A DNA stretch of 64,000 nucleotides, from positions 4,992,001-5,056,000 of the forward strand of contig OZ242195.1 of NCBI GenBank assembly GCA_965205975.1, written 5' to 3'. This document shows positions 55,561 to 64,000 of the stretch, in pieces. Source of the stretch: Candidatus Latescibacterota bacterium (lineage in GTDB: Bacteria; Latescibacterota; UBA2968). How positions within the stretch are numbered: position 1 is the stretch's first letter; each line of letters opens with the position of its first letter. A program made the translations under genes and the position numbers. The notes under the pieces are model-generated. The model saw nothing but the letters and a program-made list of their open reading frames with translations. It made no database searches and was not told the origin of the DNA.

Positions 55561-56795
55561 GGTACTCTGACGGGTGTTTCAGTTACCGGCCAGTATTCGG
55601 GGGGTGCATCTTCCCAATGGGGTACGGTGCGTGCATCTCGATCAAAGATGATTTGTCCATTGCGAATTGTGAGCCGACAGATCAGGCGTTGATCTGTATC
55701 TATCCGCGTATAGCCGCAGTCTTGAAATGAGAAGTTTCCCTTTTCGAGGGCGAGGACTGCAATATCCGCTTCTGCTCCTACCGATAGTGTGCCCAATTCT
55801 GGGCGTCCGATTGCACGCGCTGGCGTCGCGGTTGATCTGTAAATGACGTCTTCGAGGGTCATGCCCATTGCCAGACATTTTGACATGGTGTCTTGCATGC
55901 TGAATACGGTACCGGCAATATTACCCATGTGCAGGTCTGTGCTGATGGAGTCGGGAGCAAATCCATTGGCAATGGCTCGCGCGCCGTTTCGATACCAGAA
56001 ACTCGCGGCGCCGTGTCCCAGGTCAAACCAGATTCCGCGTTGTCTGGCTTCAAACATATACGGCTGGACGTTTCCGTTGTCATCTACTACGGGGAATTGC
56101 CTCGCATAGACATGGGTGTGAATATCACCTGGACGGAGTTTTTCGAGGATTAATGCGGGGTAGGATCGTTCGGGCGGACGCGGCCAAAAATCAACCATGA
56201 CGGGCATGCCACATCCATCGCCCGCTTCTACTGCTTTTTCCACCGATTCCCAGGGGGGGTGCATGTCGTCAAATGGCGCACTTGTCCAGTAATGTGCTGT
56301 TTTGATGCCGACGACTACTTCGCTGTGTTCGCGGGCGGCTTTTGCCGCGCCATCTACGTCAAAGGTCCGGATATCCTGCTCGGGCGCGCCCATACCGGGT
56401 GCAGAAATATTTACATAAGCCAGTACTCGCGTTTTTGCCTGTTCCATGACGGTGCGGCGAAAATGCGCGATTTCCTCGCATCCCGCGGTGCCCGTATCCA
56501 CGCATGTCGTTACGCCAGAATGTGGAAAATGTGCGTCTGGATTCAGGCTTGCACTGAAGAGGCCCTCTCCTAATGCTCGGGTGAAGTAGGCGTGGATGTG
56601 AATATCGATCAGTCCGGGCGTTACTATCAGATCTGACACATCTACCACATGGTCTGCTTCTTCTGCGGCAATATCCGATTCTATCTTTGCAATTTTTCCA
56701 TTTGCAATTCCCACATCGCATAATCTATTTACCTTATTGGCAGGATCAAGCACTCGCCCGCCTTTCAACAGCAGGTCGAATTTACCATCGGCCAT
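55542..56795 (-). CDS. amidohydrolase/deacetylase-family metallohydrolase (dihydroorotase-like)
   Basis: PGLIDIHIH, GVTTCVDTG, LRPGDIHTH, FDLGHG, ISTDLH; GGAGG RBS. Confidence 0.85.
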   Translation of the reverse strand: MADGKFDLLLKGGRVLDPANKVNRLCDVGIANGKIAKIESDIAAEEADHVVDVSDLIVTPGLIDIHIHAYFTRALGEGLFSASLNPDAHFPHSGVTTCVDTGTAGCEEIAHFRRTVMEQAKTRVLAYVNISAPGMGAPEQDIRTFDVDGAAKAAREHSEVVVGIKTAHYWTSAPFDDMHPPWESVEKAVEAGDGCGMPVMVDFWPRPPERSYPALILEKLRPGDIHTHVYARQFPVVDDNGNVQPYMFEARQRGIWFDLGHGAASFWYRNGARAIANGFAPDSISTDLHMGNIAGTVFSMQDTMSKCLAMGMTLEDVIYRSTATPARAIGRPELGTLSVGAEADIAVLALEKGNFSFQDCGYTRIDTDQRLICRLTIRNGQIIFDRDARTVPHWEDAPPEYWPVTETPVRVPRLWRA

Positions 56796-56916
56796 GACTT
56801 ACCTCCAATCGCGTTTTTTGGAAATTCATCCTCTTGAGTATTATGTATCATAATCGTATATTTAACAAGAGTCGTGTCAACTGACCAATATATGAAAATT
56901 TCTGGGAATTACGCCA

Positions 56917-57738
56917 TTGCTTGCCTATGCCAAAAGATGTGCATGCGTTTTTTCGATTTTTTTGTGCATTTTCTTTTTTGCGACGTGCAACCAGACGTCG
57001 CCTCTTCCGGGTGAGGATTCACCCGCTTCTGAATCCGCGCTTCCGTCCATCTATACCTATACTGTTGTCAATACCTATTTACACGATCCCAATGCGTTTA
57101 CGCAGGGGTTGGTTTTTGAAGATGGTTTTTTTTATGAGGGTACCGGACAATACGGTGCTTCAACGATTCGCAAGATTATGCCTGCTACAGGCGCGATTTT
57201 GACGCAGAAAAGCATTGCATCCAATTTTTTTGGCGAGGGTGTCGCGATTTTTGGCGACCGCCTGTATCAACTTACGTGGAAATCGGGTATATGTTTTGTG
57301 TACGATAAGAATACGTTTGAGTTACGGGTCCAATTTACCTATCCCACGGAGGGTTGGGGGCTTACTCACGATGGCGAAAAGCTGATTATGAGCGATGGTA
57401 CGAATATTATTTATTTTCGGGATCCCAATACATTTAGGGAAATTGGGCGTATCGAAGTGACCGATAGCACGGGTCCCGTTCATTCTCTCAATGAGCTTGA
57501 ATATATTGAGGGACAAATTTTTGCCAATGTATGGCAAACCGATCGCATTGCCCGCATCGATCCCAATAGCGGTAAGATTACGGGCTGGGTCAATCTCGCG
57601 GGTATTCTCTCTCAAACCGATCGCTTGAATCACCGCGTTGGCGTGCTAAATGGCATTGCTTATGATGCTGCGGCTGATCGCATTTTTGTCACGGGTAAGT
57701 GGTGGCCCAAGTTGTTTGAAATTAAACTCGTGCAGTAA
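56917..57738 (+). CDS. glutaminyl-peptide cyclotransferase (bacterial type), probable lipoprotein
   Basis: HDPNAFTQGL, EGTGQYG, FGEG, QLTW, EGWGLT, LNELE, VLNGIAYD, TGKWWP. Confidence 0.9.
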   Translation: MLAYAKRCACVFSIFLCIFFFATCNQTSPLPGEDSPASESALPSIYTYTVVNTYLHDPNAFTQGLVFEDGFFYEGTGQYGASTIRKIMPATGAILTQKSIASNFFGEGVAIFGDRLYQLTWKSGICFVYDKNTFELRVQFTYPTEGWGLTHDGEKLIMSDGTNIIYFRDPNTFREIGRIEVTDSTGPVHSLNELEYIEGQIFANVWQTDRIARIDPNSGKITGWVNLAGILSQTDRLNHRVGVLNGIAYDAAADRIFVTGKWWPKLFEIKLVQ

Positions 57739-57837
57739 TAGTAAAAGAAAGGGAGAAGGGATGATGTAATCCGTTTGAAGTGTGTGATTGGGATATAGTT
57801 TAAAATAATTCTAAAATCCAATGAGAGGAAAAAACTA

Positions 57838-59820
57838 ATGCGGAAACGGCGATTCTACACCTGTGTAGCACAGGCTTTGATCTTTGCAAGCCTATCCATT
57901 GTTCTTTTGATTCAACCCCTTCAGAGCGCGTTACAATCAGGCTTCAATCCGGATTTTGATGGAAGCGGTGTTGTCGATTTTCCCGACTTTTTGCAATTTG
58001 CAGATAAGTTCGGGTTCAGTCGTGGCGATTCGGGGTACGAATCCAGGTACGATCTGAATGGCGATGGCGAGATTGCTTTTGACGATTTTTTGTTATTTGT
58101 CGGGGCATTTGGTAAAACAGTGTCTATGGAAAGTGAAGATGTTTTGCGTCCAACAGGGGAATTAAAACCCTGGCCTCTTTCATCCATTGTTTCGACTGGC
58201 GAGGTTCGTAATATGCCCATCGGTACGCCTGTATTTATGCGGACCGAATTTGCCAATGGACAGCTTGCAGATCTCGAAATGACGTTCATTCAGGTGGTTG
58301 ACGATTTTTTGCCGCCAATGCCCGTTTATATGGTTGAAGCTTCCGATCCCGTTTTGATACAGCTCGGGGGAATCGCTAAGGGTATGAGTGGTTCTCCCAT
58401 TTTCAATGAGCAAGGCACCTGGGGTGCTATTGCTTATGGTTTTAATTCACAGGATAGCCCGCCGTATTATTTTTTTGCGACACCGATAGAATGGGTGATT
58501 GGCGATAAGGGCGCGATTCCATTGACTAAGCGCACAGCTACCTGGCGAGGTAGTGGTATCTCTCCCCTGGTTATCCCCTTGCTGGGCACGGGACTTAATC
58601 GCATGCCCCAGCCAGATGATTCTTCCCGCCTGAGTGAGGTGATGTCAACTGGAAAAACACAGCAACATCAGATCAGTTTTGAGGCGGGTAGGCCACTGAC
58701 AGTTGGTTTGATGCTGGGCGAGGTTACGGCCGCTGGGCTGGGAACCATATCTTATGTCGATGGCAATCGAATATATGGTTTTGGGCATCCGATGTTCGGT
58801 GTGGGTGCGGTAGAACTGCCTATCATAGAAGCCGTGGTGCTCGGTCCAATATCCAATCTCTCTGCACCGTTTAAGTTTGCAACGCTGAATCCAACTGTGC
58901 GGGGGACGCTGACTGAGGACCGTTTGCCCGCGGTTCGCGGTGTGCTTGGCGAGGAGCCAGAATTGATACCTATCAAGAGTATATATACGTTTTCTTCAGG
59001 GCATGTGCTTGAGCTTACGCACAGGGTGGCGGTTGGTCTTGAACCCTTCGAGACCGCCGATCTCGTTGCGCAGGCTTTGTTCTCGCCTTTGGTTAATCGG
59101 GTTGAAGACGAGCCGAATCACAGTGTGCGTGTCAGGACGGATATTTCTTTTGTGGAGACAGATTCAATACTGGTTCGCTCTCGGCTCTATGTAGAGCCAG
59201 AAGGACGGCTTTGGTATTTGGCTGACAATGCCTCTGCTGACCTGAGAAGGATACTCTCGCAACTCATGACAAGGAATGATTACGCCGTGCAGATGCGCGA
59301 AGCAGAGATTCATGTTGATATATTCCCCGAATCTCGTTTTGCAAAGATAGTAGGCGTTGCTGCGGATACGGTTGCCAGTGCCGGGAGTACGTTGTCTGTT
59401 GCGACTTCGCTGCGCGTGGGACGTCGTGAGGACCGGAATATCGAGATGGCATTTAGCCTGCCCGATACGCTTCCCGCGGGTGTTTATGAACTCGAAGTGG
59501 GTTCTGTAGCGACATTAGGGCCAGATGCCGCTGGAGAAGGTGGCGGTCCTTTTGGGTTTTTTGATCCTTTTGGGCGTGATGAAACGCTTGAAGATTTTTT
59601 TGTTCGCGTGAATGGAATAGATGAAAATGTTATTTTAAAGGCGCGTTTGACATTTGTTATGCCATTTGAGGAAAGTGCATCGCCTGACAGTTTGCCAGAC
59701 CCCCCGCCGCGTGGTCCTCGTGGTATTGAGAACACGACTGCACCTGTTTCTATGGAGAAAGGTGTCGATTTATTTTTAGAAGGTTTTGAAACGCTTCAGA
59801 TACACGTGATGGGGAATTAA
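57838..59820 (+). CDS. secreted SpoIVB/peptidase S55-like protein with N-terminal dockerin/EF-hand-like module
   Basis: DFDGSGVVDFPDF..DLNGDGEIAFDDF; GIAKGMSGSPI; GTISY..GFGHP. Confidence 0.75.
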   Translation: MRKRRFYTCVAQALIFASLSIVLLIQPLQSALQSGFNPDFDGSGVVDFPDFLQFADKFGFSRGDSGYESRYDLNGDGEIAFDDFLLFVGAFGKTVSMESEDVLRPTGELKPWPLSSIVSTGEVRNMPIGTPVFMRTEFANGQLADLEMTFIQVVDDFLPPMPVYMVEASDPVLIQLGGIAKGMSGSPIFNEQGTWGAIAYGFNSQDSPPYYFFATPIEWVIGDKGAIPLTKRTATWRGSGISPLVIPLLGTGLNRMPQPDDSSRLSEVMSTGKTQQHQISFEAGRPLTVGLMLGEVTAAGLGTISYVDGNRIYGFGHPMFGVGAVELPIIEAVVLGPISNLSAPFKFATLNPTVRGTLTEDRLPAVRGVLGEEPELIPIKSIYTFSSGHVLELTHRVAVGLEPFETADLVAQALFSPLVNRVEDEPNHSVRVRTDISFVETDSILVRSRLYVEPEGRLWYLADNASADLRRILSQLMTRNDYAVQMREAEIHVDIFPESRFAKIVGVAADTVASAGSTLSVATSLRVGRREDRNIEMAFSLPDTLPAGVYELEVGSVATLGPDAAGEGGGPFGFFDPFGRDETLEDFFVRVNGIDENVILKARLTFVMPFEESASPDSLPDPPPRGPRGIENTTAPVSMEKGVDLFLEGFETLQIHVMGN

Positions 59821-59839
59821 TAATACTCGGGAGTTACTC

Positions 59840-60589
59840 ATGAAATGGACAGACGAACAACTCGCACAATACGATGAACAGGGTTATCTCTTTATGCCCG
59901 GTTTGCTCTCACCCGATGAGGTTGACTCACTCAATGGCGATGTCCCGCTTTTGCTCAGTGGGGAGGAGAACGACGGATTGCATCGGGAACGCGAACGCGG
60001 CGGTGCTGTGCGTCAGGTTTATCTCGCCCATCGGAGTATTGACGCTTTTCAAGAGCTTATCAGTCATCCGAAAATCCTGCATCCCGTTCGGCAGGTTCTC
60101 AAAGACGATGTGTATGTCTGGCACTCGAAACTCAATGTCAAGGATGCGTTTGAAGGCACGGTCTGGCTGTGGCATCAGGACTATGGGTACTGGATGTGGG
60201 ATGGGGTTGGTCCGCGTCTGGTATCCGCTATGGTTTTTCTGGATCGAGCCACGCTCAACAACGGTTGTTTGATGGTGGTGTCGGGGTCTCATAAATGGGG
60301 GCGGCAGGAGCACTATGCGGACACGACTACGACGAGCTATAAGCAGTGGTGTATTGATACAGATACTCTGAAAGAAAAAATCTGCGAAGAAGATATTGAG
60401 CATATTACGGGAAAGCCGGGCGATGTGCTGTTTTTTGATTGCAATATCGTGCATGGCTCTGGTCACAATATGTCGCCATTGCCACGCAAGACATTTATCA
60501 TCGCTTACAATGCCATATCCAACAAGCCCCGTGCGGTAGAAAATCCCAGGCCCGACTGGGTGGTGGCCCGCACGTTTGATATTGTTTGA
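59840..60589 (+). CDS. phytanoyl-CoA dioxygenase family Fe(II)/2OG enzyme (ectoine hydroxylase-like)
   Basis: HSKLN, WHQD, NGCL..GSH, HGS-HN. Confidence 0.85.
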   Translation: MKWTDEQLAQYDEQGYLFMPGLLSPDEVDSLNGDVPLLLSGEENDGLHRERERGGAVRQVYLAHRSIDAFQELISHPKILHPVRQVLKDDVYVWHSKLNVKDAFEGTVWLWHQDYGYWMWDGVGPRLVSAMVFLDRATLNNGCLMVVSGSHKWGRQEHYADTTTTSYKQWCIDTDTLKEKICEEDIEHITGKPGDVLFFDCNIVHGSGHNMSPLPRKTFIIAYNAISNKPRAVENPRPDWVVARTFDIV

Positions 60590-60590
60590 C

Positions 60591-60619
60591 TTGACATTCA
60601 AAAGGAAGTAATCTATTCT
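60591..60619 (+). promoter_or_regulatory. sigma70 promoter of the amidohydrolase-Rieske genes
   Basis: TTGACA-17 bp-TATTCT; AGGAGG RBS downstream. Confidence 0.55.
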
Positions 60620-60644
60620 CCTGACTATCACATAGGAGGCTGCG

Positions 60645-61757
60645 ATGTCTGCTACAGAAACTGTCCCGCGTACAAATGGCAGAGCTAATGCTCTTACAAA
60701 ATTCAAAATTGTAGATTGCGATGTACATCATTCTCCGGGCAAAGGCGATGCGCTATATCCCTATATGCCGCGCCATTTTGTCGAGTATATCAAAGATTTT
60801 GGTACGATGATGCCGAGACTCGGATATACAAATATGCCGGGAGGCGGTGCGCGAAAAGATCTGTGGGAAGATCCAAAGCAAAATCCCTCCCATCAGCCGC
60901 AAGTTTGTATTGAGAAACATCTCAATGTGTATGATATAGATTACGCGGTTCTCACGGGAGGACCTTATGCAGCAGCCGTTCACAACAATCCGGATTACGC
61001 ATCGGCTTATTGCAGTGCGTTTAACGATTGGACAAAAGACCACTGGATCAGTGCCGATCCGCGGTTTCGGGCTTCAATCCATATTTGTCCTGTAGATCCG
61101 CAACTCGCGGTCAAGGAAATTGATCGCCTGGGGCCCGATCCGGATTTTGTGCAGGTTATGATGCCTGCGGGCGCCCGTATGCCTTTTGGCAACCGCCACT
61201 ACCATCCTATTTACGAAGCCTGTGAAAGACACGGATTGCCCGTTTCAGTTCACTTCGGGGGTGAAGGCGCTGGTCTTGCTGCACCGCCCACTGCTGCGGG
61301 ATATCCCACCTATTATCTCGAGATGCGGATGGCGCGGCCCCAAATTGCACAGGCTCATGTCACCAGTCTCGTTGTAGAGGGCGTGTTTGAGAAATTCCAG
61401 AATTTCCACTTTATATTTGTCGAGATGGATACTTTCTGGTTGCCGGGTCTTATGTGGCATCTCGATCTCGATTGGCGTGCGCTGCGCGACTACACGCCGT
61501 GGGTTAAACGCCTGCCCAGCGAGTATATCCGCGAGCATATCCGCCTGGGTACACAACCCATGCCCGATATACCCGGTGGGAAAGAAGATTTGGAGACGTA
61601 TTTGCGCTGGATGCACGCCGAAGATACCCTCGTTTTTGCCAGTGATTATCCACATTGGGACTGGGATGAACCCGGTCACGTCCTTCGCAATATTGATCGC
61701 GATCTAAAAAAGCGCATTATGGGCGAGAATGCCGGCGAAATATTTGGGCTTTTCTGA
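60645..61757 (+). CDS. amidohydrolase_2-fold metalloenzyme (possible dinuclear oxygenase subunit)
   Basis: IVDCDVH, FNDW, YHPIYEAC..VH, EGVFEKF, ASDYPHWD. Confidence 0.82.
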   Translation: MSATETVPRTNGRANALTKFKIVDCDVHHSPGKGDALYPYMPRHFVEYIKDFGTMMPRLGYTNMPGGGARKDLWEDPKQNPSHQPQVCIEKHLNVYDIDYAVLTGGPYAAAVHNNPDYASAYCSAFNDWTKDHWISADPRFRASIHICPVDPQLAVKEIDRLGPDPDFVQVMMPAGARMPFGNRHYHPIYEACERHGLPVSVHFGGEGAGLAAPPTAAGYPTYYLEMRMARPQIAQAHVTSLVVEGVFEKFQNFHFIFVEMDTFWLPGLMWHLDLDWRALRDYTPWVKRLPSEYIREHIRLGTQPMPDIPGGKEDLETYLRWMHAEDTLVFASDYPHWDWDEPGHVLRNIDRDLKKRIMGENAGEIFGLF

Positions 61758-62131
61758 TGTCGAAACACAGGGTAGCGAAAATAGCGGATCTGCCTCCCGG
61801 CGCGCGCAAAATTGTGACGGTTAATAACCGGGAGATCGGTATTCTCAATGTGGATGGTAACCTCTATGCCCTGCGCAATGTCTGTCCCCACCGCCTGGGT
61901 CCGCTCTGCAAAGGCCGCGTGCGTCCACTCGTTGTGTGGGAAGGTGGAGAGGTGGGCGGTGGACGCTTTACCGATATCGGGCATGAACGCGAAAACGAAA
62001 TTATCAAGTGCCCCTGGCACAACTGGGAGTTTGAGTTGAAGACCGGTAAGTCCATTACGGATGATGATTTGCGCGTGCGTACCTATCGCGTGGAAGCAGA
62101 AGGAGATGATGTTGTGCTTTATCTGAGGTGA
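61757..62131 (+). CDS. Rieske [2Fe-2S] ferredoxin
   Basis: CPH...CPWH motifs; 1-nt overlap with the upstream stop. Confidence 0.9.
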   Translation: MSKHRVAKIADLPPGARKIVTVNNREIGILNVDGNLYALRNVCPHRLGPLCKGRVRPLVVWEGGEVGGGRFTDIGHERENEIIKCPWHNWEFELKTGKSITDDDLRVRTYRVEAEGDDVVLYLR

Positions 62132-62176
62132 GTGGACTGACTACTGGCTACTGACAACTTTTTCAAGAGATACTTT

Positions 62177-62947
62177 ATGCAACTTACTTTTAGCACGACT
62201 GTTTGTCCCGATTTACTTTTGCCCGATGCGCTGAACGTTGCTACAGAAGCGGGCTTTAATCGCATTGAACTTTTTCGCACGTTTACCGAGAGTTCGCCGG
62301 TTCACGCGGATACGTCGGTGCGTATGGTGCGCGAGCGTCTGGACAATGCGGGCGTTACGCTCACGGGCCTCAATATTCGCAATATCACGGGACGCAATTC
62401 CAGCACGGACGAACGCGATCTGAGATACAATATGCGCCAGGTCGAATGGGATATCCATCTTTCTCGCGCTCTGCGGCTGCAGTGTGCCAATCTCAAAGGC
62501 GGTGATCGCACAGACGAAGCGCGGGAGGATTTTATTACGGGTATTAATCATGTGCTCGATCGCATCTCCGATTTTACTCTCAATATAGGCAATCACAAGG
62601 GGAATTTGTTCGAGAATATCGAAGATTATCAGGGCATTTTGCCCGAGTTGCCCGATCGCGCCAGGGTGCTGATGGATACGGGTCATCTCCTTTCAGCAGG
62701 CGTTGAAGTAAGGGCTTTTGCAGAAGCTTTTGCTGACCGCATTGGCCTTGTTCACCTGAGAGATCAGAAGGGTGAAACACCCGTGCCTTTTGGCGAGGGC
62801 GATTTGCCTTTTGTAGATGTTATCGGTATTCTCAAAGGCGCGGGTTATGATGGCGAACTCGTCATTGAACTGGAAAAAGTCACCTGGGGTGAACCGGTCC
62901 AGGCCTGCGCTGCTGCGCGTGAATATGTCGAAAAAATTCTTTCCTGA
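62177..62947 (+). CDS. sugar phosphate isomerase/epimerase (xylose-isomerase-like TIM barrel)
   Basis: GFNRIEL, MDTGH, VHLRD, PFGEG, GYDGELVIELE. Confidence 0.75.
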   Translation: MQLTFSTTVCPDLLLPDALNVATEAGFNRIELFRTFTESSPVHADTSVRMVRERLDNAGVTLTGLNIRNITGRNSSTDERDLRYNMRQVEWDIHLSRALRLQCANLKGGDRTDEAREDFITGINHVLDRISDFTLNIGNHKGNLFENIEDYQGILPELPDRARVLMDTGHLLSAGVEVRAFAEAFADRIGLVHLRDQKGETPVPFGEGDLPFVDVIGILKGAGYDGELVIELEKVTWGEPVQACAAAREYVEKILS

Positions 62948-62955
62948 ATGAGCCT

Positions 62956-63357
62956 ATGTCCCATGCACTGAGCAAACATCTGCTCGTTGATCTGTACGGT
63001 TGCCCCGCCGATCTGCTCAATGATGTCACTGCGCTTGAAACGGTTATGATCAAAGCTGCCCAACGCGCAGGTGCCACGGTTATCAATAGCATGTTTCATC
63101 ACTTTTCGCCTTTTGGTGTATCGGGTGTTGTGGTCATTCAGGAGAGCCACCTGACTATTCACACCTGGCCAGAGCAAGGTTTTGCAGCGGTTGACCTTTT
63201 TACCTGTGGCACGCAGACCAAACCGCGGCGCGCTTTGATCCACTTAAAACGCGCACTTCAATCTACACGGGTCGAAGTGAGACAATTCAGGCGTGGGCAA
63301 GGTGATTCATTGGCTGCAAAGACCGACCGCAACTTTGGGGAAGATAGTGACCCGTAA
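62956..63357 (+). CDS. speD: S-adenosylmethionine decarboxylase proenzyme
   Basis: KHLLVDLYGC, FHHFSPFGVSGVVVIQESHLTIHTWPE, AVDLFTCG. Confidence 0.9.
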   Translation: MSHALSKHLLVDLYGCPADLLNDVTALETVMIKAAQRAGATVINSMFHHFSPFGVSGVVVIQESHLTIHTWPEQGFAAVDLFTCGTQTKPRRALIHLKRALQSTRVEVRQFRRGQGDSLAAKTDRNFGEDSDP

Positions 63358-63375
63358 CTTTGTGAGATAAAAAGT

Positions 63376-63434
63376 AAACGCCCGTCATTTGGTGTACAAC
63401 TGTGGTAGCAGTTGATCCCCCGACGGGCGTTTTT
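63376..63434. other. nested hairpin, terminator-like or structured RNA
   Basis: aaacgcccgtc/gacgggcgttt outer stem with inner caactg-tggtag-cagttg. Confidence 0.5.
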
Positions 63435-63487
63435 GCATAATTTGACACTTCTATTTTAAGTTCTACTTTATTTTTTTGGAGGCCCTC

Positions 63488-63739
63488 ATGACAGTAAGCC
63501 AGGCCACTGAAATTCGATCCACGCTCATCGAGATGTTTGAGGCTATTGATAAAAAAGAAAATATCGCCGAGCATTTGCTCAAACTCGACGATATTCAGCG
63601 CAGCCTCGATCGGGATACGCCAGCACAACTCAGACATTTTCTCGAGCGCCGTAGTTATACCAAAGCGCTTGAGTATCTCGATACGGGCACGTTTATTGAC
63701 GATCCCAACCGCCCCGACTGCGAGGACCATCCCCATTAA
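63488..63739 (+). CDS. hypothetical protein (83 aa)
   Basis: GGAGG RBS; PAQLRHFLERRSYTKALEYL helical segment. Confidence 0.65.
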   Translation: MTVSQATEIRSTLIEMFEAIDKKENIAEHLLKLDDIQRSLDRDTPAQLRHFLERRSYTKALEYLDTGTFIDDPNRPDCEDHPH

Positions 63740-63756
63740 TTTTCAGGAGTTCAGCT

Positions 63757-64000
63757 ATGTCTGTCGAAACCCGTACCGATATCAAGGGCATTTCTCGTTT
63801 TATTTTTACCGAAGGTACCGATGCTGACCGTCTGCACTTGCATGTTTCAGAAGTTGGTCCAGGTCAACGCGCCCACCCGCCACACCGACACGATGGGTGG
63901 GAGATTTTCTACGTTATCAAAGGCAATGGCGAAGTTCTTTACGGAGATCAAGCACATCCGGTCAATACGGGTGAAGCCATGCACCTGGAATGCAGTATTT
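63757..64000 (+). CDS. cupin-domain protein (runs off the window end)
   Basis: AGGAG RBS; translation MSVETRTDIK...GPGQRAHPPHRHDGWEIFYVIKGNG shows cupin HxH..E motif. Confidence 0.8.
   Translation, partial: MSVETRTDIKGISRFIFTEGTDADRLHLHVSEVGPGQRAHPPHRHDGWEIFYVIKGNGEVLYGDQAHPVNTGEAMHLECSI

Overview
Gene-dense bacterial chromosomal window of roughly 50% GC (by eye), with no rRNA, tRNA, CRISPR array or recognisable transposase/integrase. The dockerin/EF-hand-like secreted protein and overall gene style resemble uncultured Latescibacterota/Gemmatimonadota-like (FCB) genomes; this is inference only. Housekeeping blocks are ilvN-leuA-leuC-leuD-cimA-alaC-argJ-aspC-accA, comEC, truA-htrA-pssA-tatA-gatAB, a sugar ABC transporter, a MATE pump and speD. 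Two defence-like insertions interrupt them: an AAA_21 ATPase + TOPRIM-like DUF4276 pair, and a type III R-M system with an extra AT-rich nuclease-like ORF. The most striking locus is a ~13 kb metal-handling cluster (41450-54356). It runs czcCBA-like RND pump, SO_0444-like metal permease with a (His-Asp)16 tract fused to an SPFH/HflK domain, HflC, HflK, an orphan periplasmic binding protein, a small membrane protein and a ZIP transporter, with no ftsH; I infer a possible SPFH-caged metal transport system. Non-coding signals include a probable 6S RNA, an Ile/Leu/Val-rich leader peptide with alternative hairpins before ilvN, a sigma54 promoter before comEC, and several dispersed intergenic repeat families. 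All family assignments come from motif recognition, not database searches.
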